DNA of 64,000 bases from an uncultured Actinomycetota bacterium. Its GTDB lineage: Bacteria; Actinomycetota; Actinomycetes; DATJPE01. Numbering within the stretch: the first letter of the stretch is position 1; each line of letters opens with the position of its first letter. The notes under the pieces are model-generated. The model was not told where the DNA came from and did not search any database. It was given only the letters and a program-made list of their open reading frames with translations. The stretch spans positions 517,295 to 581,294 of the forward strand of contig CAVTPM010000005.1 of assembly GCA_963736655.1 (NCBI GenBank), written 5' to 3'. Of this stretch, positions 34,885-46,159 are shown piece by piece. The translations under genes and the position numbers were made by a program.

Positions 34885-35935
34885 TGACCCGGATGCGCAT
34901 CACGAGCGCCCCCGAGCACGTGCGGACCCTGCCGGTCGTCGACATGTCCACGCGGCTGGGCTCCTTCGCTGCTGCCCGACCCGGTGCTCACGGCCTCCGG
35001 CTGTGCGCGCCGCCGGCCGAGAGCTGGACCCCTTCGTCGACCTCACGTCGCTCGGCGCGGTCGTGACGAAGTCGATCATGCTGAAGCCCAGGTCCGGCCG
35101 GCCGACGCCGCGCATGGCCGAGACCCCCAGCGGCATGCTCAACTCCATCGGGCTCCAGGGTCCCGGGGTCGAGGCCTTCGTCGAGAAGGACCTCGCCTGG
35201 TTGCGTCAGCGCGGCGCACGTACGGTCGTCTCGATCGCCGGCGGCAGCGTGGACGAGTACGTCCGGCTGGCGACCCGCCTGCGTTCGGTGGACGGGATCT
35301 CCGCCCTCGAGGTGAACATCTCCTGCCCCAACGTCGAGGACCGCGGTCAGGTGTTCGCGTGCGACCCGGTGGCAGCGGCAACCGTCATCCATGCCGTCCG
35401 CCGGGCCACGCAGTCCGCGATCCCGGTGCTGGCCAAGCTGTCGCCGGACGTGACCGACATCGTGGAGGTCGCCCGCTCGGTGGTCGACGCCGGAGCGGAC
35501 GGGCTGTCCCTCATCAACACCCTGCTGGGCATGGTGATCGACACCGACACGATGCGCCCGGCGCTGGCCGGTGTCACCGGAGGGTTGTCCGGGCCGGCGA
35601 TCCGGCCGGTGGCCGTGCGGTGCGTCTGGCAGGTCCACGCGGCGATGCCCGAGGTGCCGATCCTCGGCATGGGAGGCATCCGCACCGGTCTCGACGCGCT
35701 GGAGTTCGTGCTGGCCGGCGCGTCCGCCGTGTCGGTGGGCACGGTGGTGTTCAACGACCCGTCGGCGCCTGCGCGGATCTCGCACGAGCTCGACGAGGCT
35801 CTGGCCCGCCGCGGGTTCGAGCGGCTGGCCGACGCTGTCGGCTACGCGCACCGCGCCGGGGAGCAGACGTCGAGCGGGTCCGCGGCCGAGGCGGCGGCTG
35901 CCGACGTCGCCGAGCCCGCGGAGGACCAGGCGTGA
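34884..35935 (+). CDS. pyrD: Dihydroorotate dehydrogenase (class 1B) catalytic subunit; two frame changes near the 5' end
   Basis: ATG 34884 overlaps the pyrK stop. Motifs: [12 protein letters not shown] / [21 protein letters not shown]...[11 protein letters not shown]...EVNISCPNV...LSLINTL...[10 protein letters not shown]...GMGGI. The frame shifts near 34970 and 35007. Confidence 0.88.
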
Positions 35936-36638
35936 CGGTCGGGCCGATCGCGGTCGCCCTCGACACCGACGAGCTCGTCCACGGCGCTGAGCTGGGCCCG
36001 GGCCGCCGGTCCTTCGGTGTCGACGGTCAAGGTCGGGCCTCGAGCTGTTCCTGCGCTACGGCGGAGCCGCCGTCGACCGGGCCCGCGAGGAGAGCGGTGG
36101 GCGTGACGTCTTCTTGGACCTCAAGCTCCACGACATCCCCAACACCGTGTCCGGGGCCGCCCGGTCCGTGGCCGCGCTGGCACCGACGTACCTGACGGTG
36201 CACGCCTCCGGCGGGGCCGCGATGGTGCGAGCGGCCGTCGAGGCGCTGCCCGAGACCCGCGTTGCCGGGGTGACCGTGCTGACCTCGTTGTCGGCGCACG
36301 ACCTGGAGGCGGTGGGGCTGCGGGGACCGGCCCTGGACGCCGTGCTCCGGCTGGCCGTGCTGGCGGTCGGGGCCGGGGCTCGCGCCCTCGTGTGCTCACC
36401 GCACGAGGTGGCAGCGGTGCGAGCCGAGGTCGGCCCCGAGATCACGTTGATCACGCCGGGCGTACGCCCGGCCGGGGGAGACGTCGGCGACCAGGCCCGG
36501 GTCGCGACGCCGGAGCAGGCGCTGGCCGACGGCGCGGACCTGCTGGTGATCGGCCGACCGATCACGGGCGCTCCCGACCCGAGAGCCGCAGCCGCCGCGA
36601 TCGCCGCAGCCCTGACCGCTGTCCGCGCGCCCCTCTAG
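35932..36638 (+). CDS. pyrF: Orotidine 5'-phosphate decarboxylase; two frame changes
   Basis: [11 protein letters not shown] / [19 protein letters not shown] / [37 protein letters not shown]...LTSL...[12 protein letters not shown]. The frame shifts near 35978 and 36037. Confidence 0.9.
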
Positions 36639-36759
36639 CCGAACCGTTCAGCAGCCGCATGGCGAACAGGTCCGATCGCGCGCATCAAGGCCTCAGGCGA
36701 ACGCGATGAGCAGCGTACGACGTTCTGGGCGGCCGCGAAGAGTTCTGGCCGCGGGTCGC

Positions 36760-37807
36760 TCACTTGCCTGTGGCGACTCCGTCGAAGGATGCCGGGCCCG
36801 GAGCGAGGGCCCACAGCGCACTGGTCAGGTCATCCGTCAGCCGTCGCTCGCCGTCGTTGCCCTCGACGTGGAACGTCGGGCACTCGCGTGAGCCATCGAC
36901 GTAGAACCGCTGTCCGGGCAGCGTGACCCACCAGCCGGTGCCGTCCGGGGCCGTGCGCGCGCCGAAGCAGTCCAGGGTCGCCGCGCTCGGCGCCTGCCGC
37001 ACCAGCTCCGTCAGGAGCTGCAGCTCGTCGGGGTCGAGCCACGCGGCGCCGACCAGCCAGTTGTCGCGGTAGCCGCAGACCCCACCTCGTGTCGTCCGGC
37101 CCCGCTCTGGAACAGCTCGAGCGGCCCCGCGGGATCGGTGAGCGGCGGAGCGGGCTGGATCGGGCACCCGCTGACCCGGTCGGGCAGGAGGGCGCCTCCG
37201 AAGAGAGCGGAGGCACGACTCGCGGTCCGGCGACGTCACGGAGAGCCAGACGTCGCCGCGCGGCAGCGAGGAGGCCACCCGGGTACGACCGTCGGCCAGG
37301 CTGCGTCGTGCCCGCGACACGCTCGGCCGGGGGGACGCTGGAGGCCAGCTGGAGCACGACCTCGGTGAGCCGCTCAGGGTGCGCCGGCCTCATCGCGCAC
37401 GCTCCTGCGGGCAGGGCGTCGTCACGGACGTACGCCGCGTCGGCGATGGCGGTGCCGCAGCGGTAGGCCGACGGGTCGAGCATCTCGCTCGGGACGGGCA
37501 CCTCGACCCCACGGAACATGAGGACGCTCTCCTCGGAGGTCGAGGGTGGGTCGCTCGGCCGCGGCGACGGGGTGCTGGTCGTCGGCGGTGTCCCCGTCGC
37601 GTCCGGTCGCACGTTCTGCGCCACCCCGACCCCGAGCACGACAACCACGACCGAGACGGTGGCGCCGACGACCGCCGCACGCCGACGGTGCGCGCGGGCC
37701 CGCCGGACGGCTCCTGCGGCGAGCTCGTGGGGGAGGGGCGCGGACTCCGCGTCTCCCGCGAACGAGTCCCTGAGATACGGCTCGAGCACGTCGGTGGGAT
37801 CGGTCAT
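36760..37807 (-). CDS. Membrane-anchored protein co-transcribed with the ECF sigma factor (putative anti-sigma/partner); multiple frame changes
   Basis: ATG 37807 overlaps the sigma stop (ATGA). A short cytoplasmic N-terminus is followed by one TM (AAVVGATVSVVVVVLGVGV), a Pro/Ser/Thr linker, and an extracytoplasmic domain of unknown family that ends in track ORF 36760..37320. Confidence 0.5.
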
Positions 37808-38341
37808 GGCTGCTCCTCGCAGGTCGCTGCGGCGTGCGCCGCTGCAGAGTCGGTGGTAGGCGCGTGCGCCTCGCGCAAGGCTGGCGAGCGCCCGGGAGGC
37901 GGTGACTCGCACGGTGCTCTCGGCGACGCCGAGGACCTCGGCGATCGCGTGGTCGTCCAGGTCGGCGTAGTAGCGCAGGACGAGGATCGCTCGAGCTCTG
38001 GGGGCCAGGCCGTCGAGGACGCCCCGCGTGGCGTCGCGCTCGACCACGCGTCGGCCGGGTCGGCCACGACGCCACCGGCTCCGCCGAGCGGGCCGTCGAC
38101 CTGGTCGCTGGGTCGTTCGCCCCACCACCGACGGCGCCGACCGGACAGGTGCCGGTTGACGATGATCCGGCGGACGTAGGCGTCCGGCTGGTCGGCCCGC
38201 TGGACCCGTCGCCAGTGCCGGTAGGCGTCGGCGAGCGCGGACTGGACGAGGTCTTCGGCCGCGTGCGCGTCGGTGGTGAGCACGTAGGCGAAACGGAGCA
38301 GGCGCGGGTCCCCGCGCAGCGACGTACGCCTCGAAGTCCAC
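37804..38341 (-). CDS. ECF (SigE/TIGR02983-like) RNA polymerase sigma factor; about three frame changes
   Basis: MDFEAYVAARGP / RLLRFAYVLTTDAHAAEDLVQSALADAYRHWRRVQ...PDAYVRRIIVNRHLS / VVERDATRGVLDGLAPRARAILVLRYYADLDDHAIAEVLGVAESTVRVTASRALASL. The frame shifts near 38300, 38047 and 37880. Confidence 0.8.
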
Positions 38342-38484
38342 ACGTCCTCCTGTCTCAGGTGGGCAGATCGCCCGCTATCAAGCGCGTTCCGTCTACCAGG
38401 TGGAGCGACTCGGCTCCTCGGGACCACTTCCTACTCCTTGGACGCGTCGGACCGGCGGATCTGCTGCGTCACCGGAGGGGTGCG

Positions 38485-38514
38485 TTGCCGCAGGTCACCC
38501 GTCCCTACTAGGTT
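38485..38514 (+). promoter_or_regulatory. Candidate mihF promoter (TTGCCG-N18-TAGGTT)
   Basis: Hexamers at 38485-38490 and 38509-38514, about 80 nt upstream of GTG 38594. Confidence 0.3.
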
Positions 38515-38593
38515 CCGGGGCACGCCGAATGGCGACCGCGTCCTCCCGCCCGTCAGCCCGCACCACCCTCGAAGCCCTGGAGAGCGAGCACCT

Positions 38594-38911
38594 GTGGCCC
38601 TTCCGCCCCTCACCCCCGAGCAGCGGTCTGCGGCCTTGGTCAAGGCGGCGGCTGCCCGTCGTGAGCGCGCCGAGGTGAAGAACCGGCTGAAGCACTCCGG
38701 TGCCAGCATCAGCGACGTGATCGCCGCGGGCCAGACCAACGAGGTGATCGGCAAGATGAGGGTGTCGGCGCTGCTGGAGTCGCTGCCTGGGGTCGGCAAG
38801 ATCCGGGCGCGGCAGATCATGGAGCGGCTGCAGATCGCCGACACGCGCCGGGTGCGAGGACTGGGCGTCAACCAGGTGGCCGCCCTCGAGCGCGAGTTCC
38901 CGGGCGCCTGA
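38594..38911 (+). CDS. mihF: Integration host factor, actinobacterial type (mIHF/sIHF)
   Basis: 105 aa from GTG 38594: [43 protein letters not shown]...[25 protein letters not shown]. It sits before gmk as in Mycobacterium and Streptomyces. Confidence 0.9.
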   Translation: MALPPLTPEQRSAALVKAAAARRERAEVKNRLKHSGASISDVIAAGQTNEVIGKMRVSALLESLPGVGKIRARQIMERLQIADTRRVRGLGVNQVAALEREFPGA

Positions 38912-38917
38912 GCCAGA

Positions 38918-38972
38918 GGTGAAGGTGGAGAAACCTCGACTGAAGCAGGGAGAAGGTGACCTTGCGTCTGGA
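38918..38972 (+). repeat. Copy A of a ~55-nt dispersed repeat (forward orientation), overlapping the gmk 5' end
   Basis: The sequence is ggtgaaggtggagaaacc...gaaggtgaccttgcgtctgga. By hand alignment, 44 of 51 positions match the reverse complement of 61725-61776, and about 43 of 55 match 61816-61876. Confidence 0.7.
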
Positions 38973-39530
38973 TCGGGGCGGGCGCGGTTGACGGTGCTGT
39001 CGGGGCCGTCGGGGGTGGGCAAGAGCACCGTGGTCGCCGAGCTGCGGGCCCAGCACCCGCAGGTCTGGCTGTCGGTGTCGGCCACCACGAGGCCCCCCCG
39101 GCCCGGGGAGGTCGACGGGGTCCAGTACTTCTTCGTCACGCCCGAGCAGTTCGCCGCCATGGTCGAGCGGGGCGAGCTTCTCGAGTGGGCGTCCTTCGCG
39201 GGCTACTCCTACGGCACCCCGCGGACCCCGGTCGAGGAGCATCTCGCGGCGGGCGTCCCCGTCCTGCTGGAGATCGAGCTGCAGGGCGCCCGTCAGGTGC
39301 GGTTGTCCATGCCCGACGCGCTGCTGGTGTTCCTGGCGCCGCCCTCCTGGGACGACCTCGTCGAGCGGCTCGTGGGGCGCGGCACCGAGGAGCCCGAGGT
39401 CATCGCCCGTCGACTCGGGGTCGCCCGGGTCGAGCTGGCGGCCGAGAGCGAGTTCGATGCGACGCTGGTCAACGACGAGGTCGAGGTCGTGTGCGCCCAA
39501 CTGGTAACCTTGATGGGTATCGCCGAGTGA
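38919..39530 (+). CDS. gmk: Guanylate kinase
   Basis: [17 protein letters not shown]...[22 protein letters not shown]...LLEWA...LEIELQGA...[20 protein letters not shown]. The start is ambiguous: GTG 38919 or GTG 38925 (SD-like GAGG upstream). Confidence 0.92.
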   Translation: MKVEKPRLKQGEGDLASGSGRARLTVLSGPSGVGKSTVVAELRAQHPQVWLSVSATTRPPRPGEVDGVQYFFVTPEQFAAMVERGELLEWASFAGYSYGTPRTPVEEHLAAGVPVLLEIELQGARQVRLSMPDALLVFLAPPSWDDLVERLVGRGTEEPEVIARRLGVARVELAAESEFDATLVNDEVEVVCAQLVTLMGIAE

Positions 39531-39585
39531 CTTCCGGGTGCCTGCGCGCGCCCACCCCCGCATCCTGCTGATCGAGAGGGCCCGC

Positions 39586-39861
39586 GTGTCCGGCACCGTC
39601 GCCTCACCAGAGGGCATCACCAACCCCCCGATCGACGAGCTCCTCGAGGCCGTCGACAACAAGTACGGCCTGGTCCTCTACGCCGCCAAGCGTGCGCGTC
39701 AGATCAACGCCTACTACAGCCAGCTGAGCGAGGGCCTGCTCGAGTACGTCGGGCCGCTCGTCGACACCCACGTGCAGGAGAAGCCGCTCGCGGTCGCCCT
39801 GCGCGAGATCAACGGCGGTCTGCTGACCCTCGAGCACGTCGAGACCCCGGCCGAGGACTGA
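39586..39861 (+). CDS. rpoZ: DNA-directed RNA polymerase subunit omega
   Basis: 91 aa from GTG 39586: [35 protein letters not shown]. Confidence 0.9.
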   Translation: MSGTVASPEGITNPPIDELLEAVDNKYGLVLYAAKRARQINAYYSQLSEGLLEYVGPLVDTHVQEKPLAVALREINGGLLTLEHVETPAED

Positions 39862-39904
39862 GAACGCCCTCCCTCCCGTCCCGGCTGCCCCTAGCCTGAT
39901 CGTC

Positions 39905-41146
39905 ATGCCCTCGCGCGTCGTTCTCGGCGTCAGCGGGGGCATCGCGGCGTACAAGGCCTGCGAGGTGCTGCGACGCCTCCGCGAGGCCGGCCACGAGGTC
40001 ACGGTGGTCCCGACCGAGGCAGCTCTGCAGTTCGTCGGTGCGGCCACCTGGGAGGCGCTGTCCGGGCGACCGGTCGCCACCGACGTGTGGAGCGACGTGC
40101 CGAGCGTGCCGCACGTCCGCCTCGGCCAGGAGGCCGACCTGGTGCTGGTCGTCCCCGCCACCGCGGACCTGATGGCGCGGGCAGTCCACGGGCGAGCGGA
40201 CGACCTGCTGGCGGCGACCCTCCTCACGGCCAGGTGCCCGGTGGTGCTGGCCCCAGCGATGCACACAGAGATGTGGGAGCACGCCGCGACGAGGGCCAAC
40301 GTCGGGACCTTGCGGTCGCGCGGCGTCGTCGTCCTCGACCCTGCCGTGGGTCGTCTCACCGGTTCGGACACCGGTCCGGGTCGGCTGCCGGAGCCCGCGG
40401 AGATCGTCGAGATCGCCCGTCGCGTCCTCGAGCGGGGTGCGGCCGGAGGCACCTCGGGGGACCTCCTCGGTCGGCACGTCGTGGTCTCAGCGGGAGGTAC
40501 GCGCGAGCCGCTCGACCCGGTGCGGTTCCTGGGCAACCGGAGCAGCGGTCGACAGGGCTGGGCCTTGGCCCGTACGGCTGCCGCCCGCGGCGCCCAGGTC
40601 ACGCTCGTGGCCGCGAACGTCGCGCTCGAGGACCCCGCGGGCGCGACGGTCGTCCGGGTCACGACGGCTCGAGAGCTCCACGACGCGGTGCTGGCGGCGG
40701 CGGCCGCGGCCGACGCGGTGGTCATGGCGGCCGCTGTCGCCGACTTCCGCCCGGTCGTCGTCGAGGGCACGAAGATCAAGAAGGACGAGTCCGGCGGGGT
40801 GCCCGACCCGATCGCGCTCGAACGCACCGACGACGTCCTGGTCGCGCTCGTCGCGGGTCGGAAGCCCGGTCAGGTCGTGGTCGGCTTCGCCGCCGAGACC
40901 GGCGACGGTGCCGGAGACGTCCTCGCTCACGGGCGGTCCAAGCTCGACCGCAAGGGGTGTGACCTCCTCGTGGTCAACGAGGTGGGTCCCGGACTCGGCT
41001 TCGAGGTGCCGCACAACGCGGCCGTGGTGCTCGGAGCAGACGGGACCGTCACCGACGTCCCGTCCGGGCCCAAGGAAGCCTTGGCCGACGTGGTGTGGGA
41101 CCTCGTCGTCGCCCGGCTGGACGGGGACCCGGGCGGCCGCGGCTAG
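39905..41146 (+). CDS. coaBC: Bifunctional phosphopantothenoylcysteine decarboxylase / phosphopantothenate-cysteine ligase
   Basis: 413 aa, intact: [21 protein letters not shown]...PAMHTEMW...[24 protein letters not shown]...AAVADFRP. Confidence 0.93.
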   Translation: MPSRVVLGVSGGIAAYKACEVLRRLREAGHEVTVVPTEAALQFVGAATWEALSGRPVATDVWSDVPSVPHVRLGQEADLVLVVPATADLMARAVHGRADDLLAATLLTARCPVVLAPAMHTEMWEHAATRANVGTLRSRGVVVLDPAVGRLTGSDTGPGRLPEPAEIVEIARRVLERGAAGGTSGDLLGRHVVVSAGGTREPLDPVRFLGNRSSGRQGWALARTAAARGAQVTLVAANVALEDPAGATVVRVTTARELHDAVLAAAAAADAVVMAAAVADFRPVVVEGTKIKKDESGGVPDPIALERTDDVLVALVAGRKPGQVVVGFAAETGDGAGDVLAHGRSKLDRKGCDLLVVNEVGPGLGFEVPHNAAVVLGADGTVTDVPSGPKEALADVVWDLVVARLDGDPGGRG

Positions 41147-41149
41147 ACT
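41144..41149 (+). promoter_or_regulatory. -10-like hexamer TAGACT upstream of metK
   Basis: It overlaps the coaBC stop, 57 nt before the metK TTG. The same hexamer recurs before def and pheS. Confidence 0.3.
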
Positions 41150-41205
41150 TCGCGGGCCCGTTCCGTCCGGGACCACCCGGGTCCCTCCCGCTCCAGGAGC
41201 CAGCG

Positions 41206-42400
41206 TTGTCGCGTCGCCTCTTCACCTCCGAGTCAGTGACCGAGGGTCACCCCGACAAGATCGCGGACCAGATCAGCGACTCGATCCTGGACGCCCTGCT
41301 CAAGGACGACCCGCAGGAGCCGGGTCGCCGTCGAGACCTTGATCACGACCGGGCAGGTGCACATCGCCGGGGAGGTCACCACCTCGGGGTGGGCGGACAT
41401 CCCCACGATCGTGCGCGAGAAGATCCTCGAGATCGGCTACGACTCGTCGAAGAAGGGTTTCGACGGGCAGTCCTGCGGGGTGTCGGTGTCGATCGGTTCC
41501 CAGTCGCCGGACATCGCCCAGGGTGTCGACGACGCGTACGAGGAGCGCCACGACCACTCGATCGACCCGCTCGACCGGCAGGGGGCGGGCGACCAGGGCC
41601 TGATGTTCGGCTACGCCTGCGACGACACCCCTGAGCTGATGCCGCTGCCGATCCATCTCGCCCACCGGCTCGCTCACCGGCTGTCCAAGGTGCGCAAGTC
41701 CGGGGCGATCCCCTACCTCCGCCCCGACGGAAAGACCCAGGTCACCATCGAGTACGACGGGCACCGTGCCGTCCGGCTCGACACCGTGGTCGTCTCCAGC
41801 CAGCACGCCGGCGACATCGACCTCGAGACCCTGCTGGCTCCCGACATCGCCGAGCTGGTGGTCGAACCCGAGCTCGCGGAGCTGGGGATCGCGACCGACG
41901 GCTACCGGTTGCTGGTCAACCCCACCGGGCGGTTCGAGATCGGCGGTCCGATGGGTGACGCCGGCCTGACTGGTCGCAAGATCATCGTCGACACCTATGG
42001 CGGCATGGCTCGGCACGGGGGCGGCGCCTTCTCCGGCAAGGACCCGTCGAAGGTCGATCGCTCGGCGGCGTACGCGATGCGCTGGGTCGCCAAGCACGTC
42101 GTCGCGGCCGGTCTGGCCAAGCGCTGCGAGGTGCAGGTGGCCTACGCCATCGGCAAGGCGCACCCGGTCGGCATGTTCGTCGAGACCTTCGGCACCGGCA
42201 CGGTCGAGGACACCGAGATCCAGCGGGCGATCGGCGAGGTGTTCGACCTCCGACCCGCTGCGATCATCCGCGACCTCGACCTGCTCCGCCCGATCTACGC
42301 CCAGACCGCGGCGTACGGCCACTTCGGCCGTGAGCTCCCGGACTTCACCTGGGAGCGCACCGACCGGGTCGACGCCCTGAAGGCCGCAGCCGGGGCCTGA
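41206..42400 (+). CDS. metK: S-adenosylmethionine synthase; frame disrupted near the 5' end
   Basis: TTG 41206: [28 protein letters not shown], then after a shift near 41319 [19 protein letters not shown]...[12 protein letters not shown]...[19 protein letters not shown]. Confidence 0.93.
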
Positions 42401-42493
42401 CGGTCGTCGGTCGGTCCCCGTCAGCGACCGGGGGTCCGGCGCCGGCCGCACGGTCGGAGAGGTCTGGGACGATCCGGTGATGGACCCGGGCAC

Positions 42494-44569
42494 GTGACTG
42501 CGGCAGCGGCGGCCATGACTGCTGAGCCCGAGCAGCTGGCTCTGGTGCGCGGGGCACGTGCGCGGCTGCGCACGGCCACCCCGAAGGCGCTCGAACCGCT
42601 GGCCCCCAACGATCCGGTGGCTCGGGTCGCCGTCGACGTCCCGCTGCCGCATCTCGACCGGCTCTTCGACTACGCCGTCCCAGCGTCCATGGATGCCGAG
42701 GCCCGCGCCGGTTGTCGGGTCCGGGTGCGGTTCTCCGGCCGGCTCGTCGACGGCTTCGTCGTCGAGCGCCGGGCCGACTCCGAGCACGTGGGGACCCTGG
42801 CTCGTCTGGCGCGGGCGACCTCTCCCGAGCCGGTGCTCGCCCCGGAGGTCCTCGAACTGGCTCGTCAGGTCGCCGACCACTACGGCGGCGTGCTCGCCGA
42901 CGTCCTCCGGTTGGCCGTGCCGCCACGTCACGCTGCCGCTGAAGCCAAGGCCTCACCCGTCGCAGCCGACCTGCCGGATGCACCCGATGCAGGGCCCTGG
43001 GCCGACTACCAGGCTGGGGCGGCGTTCTTGGGTGCGGTCGCCGACGGCCGCGCACCCCTCGCCGTCTGGACCGCGCTCCCCGGACCGGAGCTGGCCGGTC
43101 GCCGTGGCCACGGCGGCTCGGGCGGCCCTCTCGGCGGGGCGTGGCGTGCTCGTCGTCGTCCCCGACGGGCGCGATGTCGCGCGGGTGTCGCATGCCGTCA
43201 CGGAGGTCTGCGGGCCGGGACAGCACGTCGAGCTGACGGCCGAGCTCGGCCCTGCGGAGCGCTACCGGAGGTTCTTGGCCGTACGCCGCGGGGCCGTCCG
43301 CTGCGTCGTGGGCACCCGCGCGGCCCAGTTCGCCCCCGTCCGCGACCTCGGGCTGGCGGTGGTGTGGGACGACGGCGACGACCTCCACGCGGAGCAGCAC
43401 GCGCCCTACCCGCACGTGCGCGAGGTCCTGCGGCTTCGCGCCCAGGCGGGGGGAGCGGGCTTCCTGGTCGGGGGCCACGCGATGACGGCCGAGGCTCGGC
43501 TCCTCCTCGACTCAGGTGCGGCGCACGCCATCGCTCCCACGCGAGCCCTCGTGCGCGAGAGGGCGCCACGCGTGCGTGCGGCCGGAGACGACGCGGAGCT
43601 GGCTCGCGATGCTGCGGCCCGATCGGCACGCCTCCCGCACCTGGCGTGGACGACGGTGAGCGATGCCCTGCTGAGCGGCCCGGTGCTCGTGCAGGTGCCG
43701 CGGCGCGGCTACCTGCCCTCGCTCGCCTGCGCCACGTGCCGGGCACCGGCGCGCTGCGCGGAGTGCGCCGGGCCGCTCGAGCTGGCGTCGGGGCGTGGCG
43801 TGCCCCACTGCCGCTGGTGCGGGCGAACCGCCGGTCCCTTCTCCTGCCGCTCGTGCGGCGGGACGAAGGCCAGGGCCCAGGTCGTCGGAGCGGGGCGTAC
43901 GGCCGAGGAGCTCGGGCGGGCTTTTCCTGGAACTCCCGTGCGGACGTCCGGGCGCGACGGCGTGCTGTCCTCGGTGCCGGCCGCGGCGGCGCTCGTCGTC
44001 GCCACCCCGGGTGCGGAGCCGGTCGCCGAGGGCGGCTATGCGGCGGCGTTGCTGCTCGACGGCTGGGCACTGCTCGATCGTCCCGACCTCCGAGCCGGCG
44101 AGGAGACCCTGCGACGCTGGTTGGCGGCGGCCGCCCTGGTCCGGCCCGGCCCGGCCGGCGGGCGCGTCGCTGGTGATGGCCGACGCCACCCACCGCGCGG
44201 TCCAGGCGCTGGTTCGCTGGGATCCGGCCGGGGCGGCCGACCGCGAGCTCGCCGACCGACGTGAGCTCGGGTTCCCGCCCGTCACCGCCGTCGCGGAGCT
44301 GACCGGCTCCGCCGCTGGGGTCGCGGACCTCCTTCAGGTCGCGCAGCTCCCGGCCGAGGCGGTCGTGCTCGGCCCGCAGCCCGGTCCCGCCGGGTCGGGA
44401 CGGCGCTGGTCGGTCCTCCGCCGAGGCGCCCGTCCGCGCTCTCGTCCGGGTGCCGCGCGAGGGCTCCGACGCCCTCGCGCGCGCGCTGGCGGCGGCGCAG
44501 GCGACGCGGTCGGCGCGCAAGGCGCCCGACCCGGTACGGCTGCGCATCGACCCCGCCGACCTCGGCTGA
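42494..44569 (+). CDS. priA: Primosomal protein N' (PriA); three frame changes
   Basis: ARVAVDVPLPHLDRLFDYAVP...RVRVRFSGRLVDGFVV; VLVVVPDG; the Cys-rich zinc region CATCRAPARCAECAGPLE...HCRWCG...CRSCGG; end RLRIDPADLG*. The frame shifts near 43085, 44160 and 44376. Confidence 0.85.
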
Positions 44570-44624
44570 CCGCGGGGCGTCGGCGCTGGCCGAGAACCTG
44601 CGGAGCAGTCCCACGGCGCCCGCC

Positions 44625-44630
44625 TAGACT
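44625..44630 (+). promoter_or_regulatory. -10-like hexamer TAGACT upstream of def
   Basis: It lies in the 104-nt priA-def gap. An SD-like GAGAGGAACGAGAG follows before GTG 44674. Confidence 0.3.
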
Positions 44631-44673
44631 CAGGTTCGCACGCGACCGGCCTCCCGAGAGGAACGAGAGCACC

Positions 44674-45219
44674 GTGGCCATCCAGCCGATCCGCCTGTTC
44701 GGCGACCCGGTGCTTCGCACCCCCGCCGAGCCGGTCGTGGACTTCGACAAGGAGCTGCGCACCCTCGTGCGGGACCTCACCGACACGATGCTGGACGCGC
44801 CCGGGGTGGGACTCGCCGCGCCGCAGCTCGGCGTGGGGCTGCGGGTGTTCACCTACTGGGTCGACGACGTCGTCGGTCACCTCGTCAACCCCGACCTGAC
44901 CCTCTCCGAGGAGGAGCAGGACGGCGACGAGGGTTGCCTGTCGATCCCTGGTCTGACGTACCCGTGCATCCGCGCCTACGGCGTCGTCGCCCGGGGGTTC
45001 GACATGCACGGCGAACCGGTCACCCTCGAGGGCACCGATCTGCTGGCCCGGTGCATCCAGCACGAGACCGACCATCTCGACGGGATCCTCTTCGTCGACC
45101 GGCTGGACAAGAAGCAGCGCAAGCTGGCCCTCAAGGCCATCCGAGAAGCGGAGTGGTCGGGACTGCCCGAGGCCCTGGTCAAGGTGAGCCCGCACCCCAC
45201 CGGTGGGCTCGCCTTCTGA
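44674..45219 (+). CDS. def: Peptide deformylase
   Basis: 181 aa: [10 protein letters not shown]...EGCLSIPG...QHETDHLDG. Intact. Confidence 0.93.
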   Translation: MAIQPIRLFGDPVLRTPAEPVVDFDKELRTLVRDLTDTMLDAPGVGLAAPQLGVGLRVFTYWVDDVVGHLVNPDLTLSEEEQDGDEGCLSIPGLTYPCIRAYGVVARGFDMHGEPVTLEGTDLLARCIQHETDHLDGILFVDRLDKKQRKLALKAIREAEWSGLPEALVKVSPHPTGGLAF

Positions 45220-45221
45220 CG

Positions 45222-46159
45222 ATGAGGGTCGTCTTCGCCGGCACCCCCGAACCGGCCCTCGCCTCGTTGCGGGCGCTGATGGCCTCGCGGCACGACGTGG
45301 TCGCGGTGGTCACGCGCCCCGACGCCAGGGCCGGCCGTGGCCGCGAGCTGCGGCCGTCGCCGGTGTCGACACTGGCGGGCGAGCTCGGGTGTCCCGGTCC
45401 TGAAGCCGCCCCATCCGCGCGATCCCGAGTTCCTCGACGTGCTGGCCGAGCTCGCGCCTGCGGCGTGCCCGGTCGTCGCTTACGGAGCTCTGGTTCCGCG
45501 TGCAGCTCTCGACGTCCCACCGCTCGGCTGGGTCAACCTGCACTTCTCGCTGCTCCCGGCGTGGCGTGGGGCGGCGCCGGTCCAGCACGCGATCCTCGCT
45601 GGCGACGAGGTCACCGGCGCCACGACCTTCGTGCTCGAGGAAGGGCTCGACACCGGTCCGGTGCTCGGGCTCGTCACCGAGACCATCCGGCCGACCGACA
45701 CCAGCGGTGAGCTCCTCGATCGCCTCGCCGAGAGCGGGGCCCAGCTCCTGGTGGCCTCGCTCGACGCCCTGGAGGACGGCTCGGTCCGACCTCGTCCGCA
45801 GGCCCTGGAGGGGGTCTCCCTGGCACCCAAGCTCACCACCGAGCGACGCCCACGTCGACTGGTCGGCCCCGGCGCTGCGGGTCGACCGGTTGGCCCGTGC
45901 TTGCACCCCGGCTCCTGGGGCTTGGACGATGCTGCGCGGTGAACGTCTCAAGCTCGGGCCGGTCTCCCTCGCCGGCCCGCACGGGGGCGACGCCCTGGTG
46001 CCGGGCGAGGTCGTGGTCGACCGCACCGAGGTCCTGGTCGGAACCGGTTCGCACGCGGTACGCCTCGGCATGGTCGGACCCCAGGGCAGACGCCTCATGC
46101 CGGCGGCCGACTGGGCGCGCGGGGCCCGGATCGAGACCGGCGACCGGCTCGGCGCATGA
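45222..46159 (+). CDS. fmt: Methionyl-tRNA formyltransferase; two frame changes
   Basis: [19 protein letters not shown]...VVTRPDA; [29 protein letters not shown]; the C-terminal domain is in a third frame. The frame shifts near 45389 and 45841. Confidence 0.9.

Noticed and set aside
41147-41205. SAM riboswitch upstream of metK.
   Set aside because: The gap is only 59 nt and has no recognisable SAM-I or SAM-IV core.
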